Shown in pieces: positions 45,566 through 56,164 of a DNA stretch of 64,000 nucleotides. Both the position numbers and the translations under genes were made by a program. The stretch's first letter is position 1, and each line of letters starts with the position of its first letter. This DNA is from TPA_inf: Saccharomyces (lineage: Eukaryota): the NCBI GenBank assembly GCA_000146045.2, contig BK006938.2:1440001-1504000 (forward strand), written 5' to 3'. The notes under the pieces were generated by a model that was not told the DNA's origin, searched no databases, and saw only the letters and a list, made by a program, of their open reading frames with translations.

Positions 45566-47038
45566 TTAAACGAATCCTTTCTTTATTGCTTCAATTCTTA
45601 GTGAGATCTCTTCTATAAAAACCTCATTAAATCCAGGAACGTTTGCCTCAGTTTTAATGAATTGCTTTAACATTTCATTTACGTATTTTCTTGTTTCATC
45701 GTCGCGCGCACGATCATACATTCTGTTGAGAATATGAGATACAATGTTTTTCAAGTAGTCAAACTTTTCTATCTTCAACGCCTGAATATCGTTCTTTTTA
45801 TGCTTCTTATTATGATTAGAGAGAGGAACTATTTCGGTCTCTGCTTGAGCATTTGGGCAGCCTGAATCTATATCCATTCCTGAATCAAGCTCGAAAACTG
45901 GTTGCGTACATTTTCTAAATGATGAAGAACTTGGGTTGGTTATCGGCGTTACAGTTTGCCCATGAAGTAAATAAGGACTTTCCATATTTAAAGATGATGT
46001 TGGAGAGTCTTGTGTAATGGGAGATAATTCCTCTTTGGAAATTTGTGTTGTGCTTAGTCTTGTCGATTCAAAATTCCAAAATTCCTTTCCCCTCACTGTG
46101 TTGCTGTTTTTATACAAGCGATTTTGAAGAGGGTATTTGGGAACTTTTGTATATCTCTCCTGAACCTTTTTCTGTTTAATTAGATCAACATCACTTTTCA
46201 AGTTCGTTATGGTGATATTCTTAACAAATTCAAATGATAACAAGTTATATGCCGATGGCCGATCAGCAGGTGTTTTAACAAGACAACCAGCTACGAAATC
46301 CTTTGCTGCATCCGAAAAGGGACCTTGTAATTTTGGAGGCTTCCTTTTTGGTAAGTTAGTCATAACTTTCATAGGATCATATTTAGATAATGGGGGTAAG
46401 CCCTTGAGTAACTCATAGGTGGTGATACCCAAGGACCATATATCTGCTTTCTCATTATACCCATCAACTTCGCAGCAAACAACTTCCGGAGCCATCCAAT
46501 ACGGCGTTCCTACAAAAGTGTCCCTTTTCAAAGTGGAACGAATGTGGCCACTTACTCCGAAATCACCCAACTTAACCATACCTTCTTCATTTAGTAAAAT
46601 ATTAGCTGCTTTGATATCACGATGAATTTTCCTTTGCTCATGCAGGTATTTCAAACCCAAGGTGACTTCATGAATAATGAAGGAAACTTTTTCTTCAGGC
46701 AAACCGTTGACGTAACTTCGCTTCAGTAAATCTGAACATGATCCACCGCCGCAATATTCCATGACAATCCACATAGAGACATCTTCTAACATTGTTGCAA
46801 TATAGTTTGTAATAAGAGGAGATTTCAATTCCGCCAGAAAAAAAATTTCCTGTGCTAACAGTTCAATGTCTTCGTCGGAATGCTCCAGGTTGACCACCTT
46901 AATTGCCACAATTTCTTGCGTAACTCTATCCACTGCTTTATACACATCACCAAAGTTACCTCTGCCAATACATGATTGGATGGAATATAGCTTCGATGGA
47001 GGGGTTCTTGACCTAATTGATATTTCTTTGCTTTCCAT
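45566..47038 (-). CDS. SPS1: STE20-family sporulation kinase (490 aa)
   Basis: N-terminal kinase domain (GRGNFGDVYKA, HRDIKAANILL, DFG). Confidence 0.9.
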   Translation of the reverse strand: MESKEISIRSRTPPSKLYSIQSCIGRGNFGDVYKAVDRVTQEIVAIKVVNLEHSDEDIELLAQEIFFLAELKSPLITNYIATMLEDVSMWIVMEYCGGGSCSDLLKRSYVNGLPEEKVSFIIHEVTLGLKYLHEQRKIHRDIKAANILLNEEGMVKLGDFGVSGHIRSTLKRDTFVGTPYWMAPEVVCCEVDGYNEKADIWSLGITTYELLKGLPPLSKYDPMKVMTNLPKRKPPKLQGPFSDAAKDFVAGCLVKTPADRPSAYNLLSFEFVKNITITNLKSDVDLIKQKKVQERYTKVPKYPLQNRLYKNSNTVRGKEFWNFESTRLSTTQISKEELSPITQDSPTSSLNMESPYLLHGQTVTPITNPSSSSFRKCTQPVFELDSGMDIDSGCPNAQAETEIVPLSNHNKKHKKNDIQALKIEKFDYLKNIVSHILNRMYDRARDDETRKYVNEMLKQFIKTEANVPGFNEVFIEEISLRIEAIKKGFV

Positions 47039-47400
47039 TTTGTGCTATTTTCTTTTGTTGTTTAGTAAATGAATTAGCTAGTAAAAAAACTAAATTTAAA
47101 AAGCAAATGCTGGTTTGCTTTCTTTTGAGAAATGTTTGCTAAGACAACTGACTAGCCAGGTGTTCACTAAATCGATAATATTGAAAATGGCAAAATAAGA
47201 AAAAAAAAGAAGAGAATTAGCTGGCTTTTTTTGGATAGGAAATATTAAATGAAGCAGTTGGAACCAAGATAATAAACAAAAACAGTATATTAAGTGACTC
47301 TTTAGTATATATCTGAACTAACAAGTAAAATATCGATGTTAGAAATGGTTACAATAGAAGAAAGTAGTGTCATTCTTTCGCGTCAAAAAAAAAAAATGGA

Positions 47401-47409
47401 ATTTGTGTC
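47401..47409. promoter_or_regulatory. MSE (GACACAAAT on the minus strand) in the SPS1 promoter
   Basis: Plus strand atttgtgtc, ~365 bp upstream of the SPS1 ATG. Confidence 0.4.
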
Positions 47410-47541
47410 TTTTTCGTTTTTATGTGTCATTTTTTTTTATCCCTGATGCCGCATTGTTCCGAACCTGGGACAGCTCCGAAATATAACTTGAGGAAAAAGT
47501 ATTAGAAAAGGGAAAAAAATACAGTTAAATTATCATATATG

Positions 47542-48990
47542 TTATTTTTTGTCCTTTTTGGCCAATTTTAAAGACTTATGCATTGTTAATAAGTTTGTTG
47601 GGGACATCAAATTTTGAGAAGACTTAGGAATGGAGCTCAAACTCCACCTTTTACTTGCTGAGGCACTTCTTTCAGGTATGTTAACTCTCAAATCGTGTTT
47701 CTTATTGTAGGACGAAGCTGAATCTACATTTGAATGCATATTTAAATGCGGCCCTGATCTTGGACGAGAAGTATTTACAGCTTGGAATGTTCCGTACATC
47801 TCCAACTTAGTTTCCCAATATTCTAAAACCTTTGGAGACCAATTCGTAGTAATCTTCGGTAAATTATCTATATGAATACCATTGCACAATAAAAATTCTG
47901 TAATAAAAAAAATGGGCGTTCCATCAACAATTTCATAGTGCTTTAGGGAATATTGAAAAATGGAAGAATGGTTTAGATCATTCTGCTCTTTTTCGCTTGC
48001 CGTCAATTCTCTTAGGGAATATTTACTTTGGGCGATGGCTCTTTGCATCATGAAAACACTATCTAAATGGATAGCTTTAATTAAAGACTTCAAAGAAGCC
48101 TCTCTGCCTTGGTTGCTGTCGATAACAAACTTTTTAAATTGATACTTATCAATAATGAATTTGGATCTTTCCGAGTCATCAGAATTTGCAGTTATTTTTT
48201 TAACTGGAAAGTTCCTGAGATTGCTTTCATAAATGGCATTAACATTACTATTGGAAACATTATTTTGTAAAAGATGCATCAACTCTAACGAGGTGAAATT
48301 ATCCAGCGTTAAAGATCTAATTTTGGAGATATGTGAACCCAGAGATCGATGAACGCCCGAACATTTGATACACAATATACACAATAAATTGATTGACACC
48401 CATTCTACTGTTGCGGTGCTACCGCAGTCACAACACTTCAAATTAGATTTATCAATTTTGCGCACGATTGATAGCAGTTCGTCTCTATTGGAGGCTCCCG
48501 CATTAGCAAAAGAGAAATGCTGTGTATGCTGTTTGGAGGAATCTGTTTTTGTAGGAATACGGTTATTACTATTACTGTTGCTACTGCTACTATGAATGGG
48601 ATGAGTTTGATGATTGATGTGATGAGAATGCGTAGATTTGTGTTGGCTCCCACTAAGACGGGTTGATAAATATGTAAATGACAGTTGGGGTGAACGAAAT
48701 GGAAATCCTGATGGTAAAGAAGGAGGTATTTGTAGTAATATCAATGATTCTTTCGCGGCCATTAATAAAGCGATGCTTTTTAAAATAACACAATATACCT
48801 CAAAACCTCGATCATCCTCGCAGCGGTTCGTTTGAAATTTACATCGAAGAGATTTAAGAAGAATATTAGTTAACTTTAACGCGTTGTTGCACCATGATGG
48901 ATACTGTGCTTTTGATGCTGTTCTTGCTACTGTTCCTTTACTGAACAAAGGCACAACATTTTTGTTGATATCAGTAGTATAAAAATCCAT
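47542..48990 (-). CDS. AGE1: ArfGAP-domain protein Age1 (482 aa)
   Basis: ArfGAP C4 zinc finger CCDCGSTATVEWVSINLLCILCIKCSGVHRSLG. Confidence 0.8.
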   Translation of the reverse strand: MDFYTTDINKNVVPLFSKGTVARTASKAQYPSWCNNALKLTNILLKSLRCKFQTNRCEDDRGFEVYCVILKSIALLMAAKESLILLQIPPSLPSGFPFRSPQLSFTYLSTRLSGSQHKSTHSHHINHQTHPIHSSSSNSNSNNRIPTKTDSSKQHTQHFSFANAGASNRDELLSIVRKIDKSNLKCCDCGSTATVEWVSINLLCILCIKCSGVHRSLGSHISKIRSLTLDNFTSLELMHLLQNNVSNSNVNAIYESNLRNFPVKKITANSDDSERSKFIIDKYQFKKFVIDSNQGREASLKSLIKAIHLDSVFMMQRAIAQSKYSLRELTASEKEQNDLNHSSIFQYSLKHYEIVDGTPIFFITEFLLCNGIHIDNLPKITTNWSPKVLEYWETKLEMYGTFQAVNTSRPRSGPHLNMHSNVDSASSYNKKHDLRVNIPERSASASKRWSLSSIPKSSQNLMSPTNLLTMHKSLKLAKKDKK

Positions 48991-49597
48991 TATTGATGGA
49001 ACATCCAGAAAAATGTATTCAAAATGACTGGTACAGCTACCTTAACCACTCTGCCTCAATGTGATTTTTATCCTCTTTTTCGCTCAAATTTTTACTTTTC
49101 TTCTCTCTTCGTCAAGTACTATTATAACGACAGCGATAGGAAAAAAAACCAACATCGGACGAGAATAAATAATACTTTAGCGTTCAAAATGACATTCCTT
49201 TAAAATTCGATATGAAATTTTCCGCGATTAATTCGCCGAGAATACGACAAAAAAAAAGATAAACATCAGAAAATTCTATTATTAGATTAGATTTTATATT
49301 AGATAATGAATTAATACAGGTAATAATTATAGAGAGGAAATAAAAATAAACAGATAAGTTATTTACATCTTCTAACTAATATTCCATTACAAGTGAACGA
49401 ACATGAAAAGATCATATAAAACCCTTCCAACATATTTTTTTTCCTTCTTTGGTCCCTTCAAGGAAAGAGCGGTCTTTCTTCTTGTTCTATAATAATATTA
49501 TTAAAAAAGCACATAAAAACTTGATTGTGTAGCGATAATAAAAAAATTTTTTCGATATTATAGGAGTATAATGTCTCTAAACTCAAAATTAAAGAAC

Positions 49598-49798
49598 TTA
49601 GAATAAGAAAGCGACACCGGCAGCGACGGCAGCACCGAAGACACCAGCACCCAAAGCGTTGGAAGCAGCAGCACCAGTGGAGATCTTGGTGCTGGTGGTG
49701 TTGGAACCGTTGGTACGGTTGGAACCATTGGTAGAAACGTTAGCAGCTTGGACAGCGGCAACAGTAGCGAAGGCAGCGACGATGGTCTTGAATTGCAT
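49598..49798 (-). CDS. YDR524C-B: 66-aa predicted secreted/GPI-like mini-protein (YDR524C-B)
   Basis: [18 protein letters not shown] signal peptide, an NxS/T-rich core, and a hydrophobic C-terminus ([17 protein letters not shown]) preceded by small residues (omega-site-like). Confidence 0.6.
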
Positions 49799-50051
49799 TG
49801 TTTTGTTGATGATTAGTGTTGATTGAAACTTATGTTTAATGATGATTTTCCTCTAAAATCAAAAACAATATTAACTAATAAAGTAAATAATACAGTAGGA
49901 GAAGATGGAAAAGAAAATCAAGAATTTCTCGAGTTCCTTATATATGAGGAGAAAAGCCAGGAAAACCACCGCGATGACACACAGCACCATATCTCATGTA
50001 ACAAACGTGAAAAAAGCGATGATTTTTTTTCTGCTTTCTTTTTCTCATTTC

Positions 50052-50460
50052 TCAAGCGGATATTCCGCTTGCAAAAAGAAAAGGCGTGGCTCTGGTCTTC
50101 GCTATTTTGGAAATAAACTTTGGCGTCCTACGCCCAGAAGCGGCCAAAGCGGCCAATCACGCCCGAAGACGGGACCGCACGGCTCCCAACGAGTCGTTTT
50201 TTTGGAACTGAAAAAGGCCCAACGTTGGGCCTAGGCCCTTACCGCGCCCATTTCGGAAACTGCATTACTTTTTCGGGACGTATTCTCGGGAAATAAGCAG
50301 GTCCAGATCCGCGTAGCATGAATGGGGCGCCAAAACAGTCGCGGGTAACGAAAGAGCGCAACCACGCGTATATTCCGGGCCGGTGAGGGGCAACGCGCAT
50401 TGTCCCGGGGCGATATAATCCATGTACCGGAACCCGCACTTTTTCGACTTTCTTTCCCCT
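50052..50460. other. CpG-rich, ~55-60% GC island with nested perfect palindromes between YDR524C-B and SNA2
   Basis: More than 30 CpGs in ~330 bp, in a genome of about 38% GC. Contains the palindromes caagcggatattccgcttg (50052-50070), ggcccaacgttgggcc (50215-50230) and gggcctaggccc (50226-50237), plus a Reb1 site cgggtaa (50341-50347), an MCB acgcgt, a CCAAT box and CCCGGGG. Confidence 0.6.
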
Positions 50461-50595
50461 TTTCCTGTCTCCTATTGTGCGAGAAAGGTTTGATTGACAA
50501 GAGATCTTTACTGATCGATCTTAGTTAGTCCTCGAATAAGCATTTTGCAAGTACCAGTCATCGTATTAGAGAACATACAACTTTAGAATTACACT

Positions 50596-50835
50596 ATGCA
50601 CGCCCGCGACTGGTTTTTAGTTTTTATTGCAATTTTCATTCCTCCCTTAGCAGTCTGGCTAAAAAGAGGTTTTTTTACCAAGGATCTGCTCATTAACTTT
50701 CTGTTATTTTTACTAGGGTTTTTCCCTGGTCTGATCCATGCTTTGTACGTGATCAGCTGTCATCCATATGAGGAGAACGAGGCCCGGTACTCACACCTCT
50801 CCTCCTCGGATGATAACTATGGTAGTTTAGCATGA
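50596..50835 (+). CDS. SNA2: Pmp3/UPF0057-family small membrane proteolipid (79 aa)
   Basis: MHARDWFLVFIAIFIPPLAVWLKRGFFTKDLLINFLLFLLGFFPGLIHALYVI with two TM helices. Confidence 0.8.
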   Translation: MHARDWFLVFIAIFIPPLAVWLKRGFFTKDLLINFLLFLLGFFPGLIHALYVISCHPYEENEARYSHLSSSDDNYGSLA

Positions 50836-51093
50836 GTGACTCTTTCTACGTTATCCTCCTCCGCAGAATTTCGTAATAAGTGATGTGTGGCTCTTTTGCT
50901 ACCCTTTTTTTTTCATTTCTTTCTTTTTTTTCTATTTTATTTTTTCTTTTTCATTTTTCGGTACTTCTATGTACCTGAAATGAATAATAATGTAATGGCA
51001 AGCCATCTCATCGCTGTCGGCTAAGTAAATCTATAGTTTAATATATTCATTTTCCCTCATTCAAAGAAGATAAATCACTCTGCCACCATCGTA

Positions 51094-52413
51094 ATGGACT
51101 TACTGGGCGATATAGTGGAGAAAGATACATCTGACTCTGTTGAAAGTAATGACAATGGCACTCTTAGTACCAACAACTGTGGAACGGGATTTCCCGAGTT
51201 GTACAAACCCAAGAAAATATCATCTTGGAAGGAAAGACTAAGAGAAAAAAGAGCCCAAAAGAAAAAAACTAGTGGCAAGGATGCTGAAAAGCAACAAACG
51301 AGTACAGACGCCCCACTATCCGAGGCAAAATCTATCCATAATGAAAATATTAAAGTTCTGCAGGGAATGAGTGATGAACAAATCGTGCAAGAACGTGAGG
51401 ATCTGTATAACTCTTTAGATCCCAAACTGATTGCCAAGCTATTGAAAAACATAAATAAAAGAGCGAAGGACGAAAACAACACTCCATTATTTGCAGAAAT
51501 AGAAGGCGCTTCTGGTACCTGGGTAGGTGGCAACAAGCAAGGCATATACGATCTACCACCGTTAGACGATGAAGATGTAGACGTTGCCTTAGAAATTAGG
51601 CCTATGTTAGGCAAAGATGCAAAACATGTTCAATTTGAAGAAGCAGGAAAAGAAAAAGACGTGGAAGAAGAAGCAAAAACTAATGATGACGTCGATGATA
51701 TCGCACCCTTAGATTTCCAGATGGCACAATGCATTGATCATATGAAAAATGAAGAGCTATTCAAAGACGTTCATTTTATCAAAGAGGAGAGCCAAAATGA
51801 AATCAATTTAGAGAAACTTGATATAAATGATCCTAATTTCAACGATAAATTACACGAAAAATACTTCCCTGATTTGCCCAAAGAGGTCGACAAATTAAAA
51901 TGGATGCAACCGGTTCAGCAAAAAACAGACAAGAATTACATCATTGAAGACGTATCTGAATGTAGGTTTGACTTTAATGGCGACCTTGTTCCACCCACAA
52001 GACAAATAGACTCTACCATTCACTCAGGGTTGCACCATCACAGCGACTCGCCTGAACTCGCCGGTTACACCATAGTGGAGTTAGAACATTTAGCAAGATC
52101 CACTTTTCCTTCTCAAAGGTGCATTGCTATACAAACTTTGGGGAGAATACTTTATAAGCTAGGCCAAAAAAGCTACTACCAGCTAGTGCCAGAAATAGAT
52201 GCAGACACATACAAGGAAGACGGAAGCATATCGAACGTTATGGATAAGATCTATTCCATGTTTTGGGACTTGATTAAAGACGGAAAAGTCATCGAATCCT
52301 TAGAAATCTCCTCTGATGAGAAATTCACTAGAAATTTGTCAGTCAGAAATTATGCTATTGATGCACTTTGGTTATGGAAACAAGGCGGTGGGGACTTCCG
52401 AACCAAGAAATAG
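51094..52413 (+). CDS. RBA50: RNA polymerase II-associated protein Rba50 (439 aa)
   Basis: 439-aa acidic protein. Position and length match YDR527W. Confidence 0.75.
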   Translation: MDLLGDIVEKDTSDSVESNDNGTLSTNNCGTGFPELYKPKKISSWKERLREKRAQKKKTSGKDAEKQQTSTDAPLSEAKSIHNENIKVLQGMSDEQIVQEREDLYNSLDPKLIAKLLKNINKRAKDENNTPLFAEIEGASGTWVGGNKQGIYDLPPLDDEDVDVALEIRPMLGKDAKHVQFEEAGKEKDVEEEAKTNDDVDDIAPLDFQMAQCIDHMKNEELFKDVHFIKEESQNEINLEKLDINDPNFNDKLHEKYFPDLPKEVDKLKWMQPVQQKTDKNYIIEDVSECRFDFNGDLVPPTRQIDSTIHSGLHHHSDSPELAGYTIVELEHLARSTFPSQRCIAIQTLGRILYKLGQKSYYQLVPEIDADTYKEDGSISNVMDKIYSMFWDLIKDGKVIESLEISSDEKFTRNLSVRNYAIDALWLWKQGGGDFRTKK

Positions 52414-52474
52414 ATAGAGAAAAAAATAATAGTACATACAGGTGCGCCGACCAGCGCCTATTCATAAAAACAAG

Positions 52475-53024
52475 AATAATGTGTCTCTTTGAGTCATGTT
52501 CCTTAGCTTCTTTTTTAAAAAAACTGTCTCAGGTATTTTCGCTTCTTTGATCTCCCAATCTCCATATCCCAACCACGTTCATATACCTCAAGCCGATTTC
52601 AACCAAACTTGAACGAAAAACTCAGACAGGTCTGGTAAAATATCTGCAATGAAGTACGCACAACTCAATTGGTATTAATTAATATAGAACATATTAAATG
52701 TAGAGGAGAGAAAATTAAATTACATGGGAAACCAATCTTGAAGGTCCAATAAAGTGAGATGTGCATGGATGAATTATCCATGCAAAAGCAAAAACGAAAA
52801 AGTCGCAACCTCAATCATGCCTTTTCTCTCCAAATAACTTTTAGAACAAAAGTCAAATATAGGAAAGGGAAAATATCATTCTCCAAAGCAAACATTAAGT
52901 CACTGATCAACAGAGAACAATGGTTTATCTTTGCACATTGACACATTCATCGAGGGTTTCAAAGCACTTAAAAAGAGCATGATTCAGTTCAAAAAAATGA
53001 TCCTCGACAAACTTAAGTTGTGCA
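52475..53024 (-). ncRNA. SNR84: candidate H/ACA box snoRNA (snR84 by recollection) in the ORF-free RBA50-HLR1 gap
   Basis: A 2.2-kb gap with no ORF longer than 60 aa. In minus-strand sense the sequence ends GAGACACAUUA at 52477-52487, that is ACA followed by 3 nt. A TATA-like tttatatgg lies just upstream (minus sense) of 53024. The identity and exact ends come from memory of the chrIV annotation and were not verified by folding. Confidence 0.35.
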
Positions 53025-54585
53025 ATTCACATCAGCATATCCATATAAAGCTTATAGTGTGATGATGAGTACTCTCATTAACTAGCTCTGTTATTCAAAC
53101 TTTAAACTTCGGATACTTGACTGCTCTCTTCGTTTGTAAGTAGCTTGATTGTAGTTACATCGTCGTTCTCATCGCATCTTTTTTTATTAGTTATGAAAAA
53201 TTTTTCACTTTTCACCTAGTTAGGATACCCGGCTGGATTCTTTTGTACTAACCTCTATGGATTTCGTGGTCCTCTCATGTCACGTCAAAATTTCAGATCA
53301 TATGTCAGGGTAACATTTATGCACTCGGAGATTGTCAAACTTATTGACGCAAGCATTTACTATTTTTCCGCACAAGCACCATGTGTGATAACATGCAGAT
53401 CGCCCATCTGAGCAGTAATATCTAGTCATTATATAGTCTATCAAATGTTATACTTCCAGAATTTTTCGCCTCGGCCCAAACATGTACATTTTCTTGGTGG
53501 CTTTTTTATTCTGGCTTTCTTTTCCTCTAACGTTCAACATGGTTGAAAATGCTCTCAAGTCAAATAATAAAACACAATCATAAGAATTCAAAGATGTGCA
53601 TGAGAACTCTTAACAATACATATTTTTACTGAAACACTTTGGTTAGCATCTTGTGATTACTTTATTTATATAACCTAGTCGCCCCTCCCCTGTCTGTACT
53701 GTTCTTGCAGGTAAATTCAGGAAATAATACATCCTCCACGACTACAACATGTGCAAGTACTATCCATAATAGGTGTAATCATAGAGAAGCAGTCCTAAGG
53801 AAATAAAATCAAAGAAATTAGGTAAAGGTTGGGTATTGATAGATGAAAATGTTTTTGCAAGTTAAAAAGGAAAATATGCACATTCTCTTATAACCAAATT
53901 CGTCTGACATCGATATATCTTTTCATATAAAGTTCTTCCCCTTTACCATTCACTCCATGATGTCGTACCTGTTACACTACAGTGCCTGCTTGATTGCGCA
54001 TTCATAATGGCTGTACACCGTTTACCCAATGCATTCTCGTCTGCAAAGAGAAGGATATACATCTTTTTCTGGTAATAACATGTACCGATTAGGAAATTAA
54101 GACCCTGCTTTCACGCGTGCTCCTACCATTTCCGGTAATAAAAGTTCGGGTAAGATTTCTTTTCCAAACGAGCTTACGTGTCGCATCGACAAATATGGCG
54201 AGTGCTCTTATATAAGTAGGCAACATCTAAAAAGAATGGACATCTTTTTTTTCAGTGTGAAGACGTTATCGTGTGAGTATTAATAAAGAGTTGTAATTTG
54301 ATAATAAGATAACCAAGGAGTAAATATATAAAGTTCACCACTGCTCTGTTATCTCTTTTTTATAGAGTTCGGAAATCCTCACAGATTATAACCAACTAAT
54401 CGTCATTCATTTCAAAAAAAAAAAAAAAGGAAGAATTAGAGCTCTTCCACAATAGTGGCTATTCCAGGCATAATTTCAAATCAAGTGGCAATTTTACGCT
54501 CCTCATTCATTTTCCTGTATTATACTTTAATTATTCTTATTTCGCTTTTTTTCTCAAGGTGACCTGTTGTATCACGTTAGCTGAA

Positions 54586-55857
54586 ATGGAAAACTTATGC
54601 CCTCCACCTCCTTCCCAAATGAAGGATTTTTCCACTCCTCCAAGAAACAGGCATCGTCACAAAAGATCCTTTGCTATATCTGGAGATTTTGAATTCTTAA
54701 AACAACCTGCCTCTGCGCCTGTTTTGCCTTCTGCGTACGACTCACCTACCTTCGAAAATACACCAAGAAGAGTAAGCGGTATGAGCGTAACAATGCCTGA
54801 TGAATCTCAAAATGAATCAGCATTACTAAACTCACCAAGCCCAAGGTTTTTTATTAGCGAAGCATCCACATATTCATCACCAATTAAAGGAGTGCCGGAC
54901 GCTATCATTAATTTGGATGATGTGCTCATTAATAAACCAAAAATGTGTAGATCACATCGCAAAACCAAATCAGTACCAGTAAAATTGGACGAATTTTATT
55001 CCTCCCATAAATGTAGCTCAGTACCAGAATTAACTATAAATGAAGAAATAGATGAAGATGACACCAACCCTCAGTTGCTGGAGCCCGTAAAACCATTATC
55101 ATCAACTTCTCTATCTACTGATATGAATGAAGATAAAAAAATGACACTAAAAAATGCCAGGAGCCATAACTCGTTAAAAATTCAGGCACAAAAGCAAAGG
55201 TACTACAACTCAGCAAGGTATCTGCCTTTGAATAGTGAGGACCGAGCAACAGATCCACAAATTTTAACGAAGCAAAGCTCTGTTACGTCTTTATTTTCTT
55301 CTAGGTCAATTACACCTGTATCTTGTAACATTAACAATGCGGGTAGAATCAATGCAATCAGTGGTAATTATCTAGATGACGTCCTTTATGACCTTGACAC
55401 CCCTGCCACAACTCTAATTCAGGATATTGATAACCTTCAAACTAGTATCAACGAAAGGGTTAGGTTGTCACCACAATCCTCGTCGATAAAAAAGTATTTT
55501 TCCAAAGATGGAAAATCTGTTAGCAGCTTCAATTTCCAGTCTCAGGAGTGCGATATGGTATCTTTTACTGAGGATTTTGCCCATGTAACATCATTGTCTT
55601 CTTCTATTCTTGACTCTGAGAAACAAACAGACGACGAAGAAGAAGAGAGTATTCCGGAAGAAATACTACGAGGAGAACCCCTCCACGTATACAACGAAAC
55701 TAGTGGATCTGATAAAAGTGTCATTTTGCCGACGAAACAAAAATCTGCTCCCATTAACAAGGATAGTAAGCACAGTTCAACTCAGTATGAAGAAAAATCT
55801 TTTAAGAAGAATAGAAAGTTCAAAATTTTCGCCAAGTTATTCTGCACTAGGAAATAG
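54586..55857 (+). CDS. HLR1: Ser-rich protein Hlr1 (423 aa), LRE1 paralogue
   Basis: The track ORF starts at a GTG (54559); the first ATG is at 54586 ([15 protein letters not shown]). Length matches 423 aa. Confidence 0.75.
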
Positions 55858-56164
55858 TAGAATAAATTTAAGATATATAGACCACTCGATACCCCATCAC
55901 CTGCATAATTATAGAAAAAATAAATACTAATAGATACCCGATTTATAACACTAGACATTACAATATACGAATTTCATAATAAAATTTTAAGTTCAGACTA
56001 TAGATAAATAAATAATATGAAGTAAACGTTTCAAGCAAACGCTTATATATATATAGAGAGATAATAAAGGATATGATTTAGTCTCTGTCCCTTCTTTCAA
56101 ATGAATATTTAATGCCTTTTTTTTTTCGGGTTGTGTGTTCGTGGTGATTTTTTTATTCTTCTTT

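Noticed and set aside
50141-50153. GGCCAAAGCGGCC (an SfiI site) as an engineered cloning scar
   Set aside because: A single occurrence inside a generally GC-rich native-looking block. There is no vector sequence, loxP/FRT or marker nearby. Treated as a coincidental part of the GC island.
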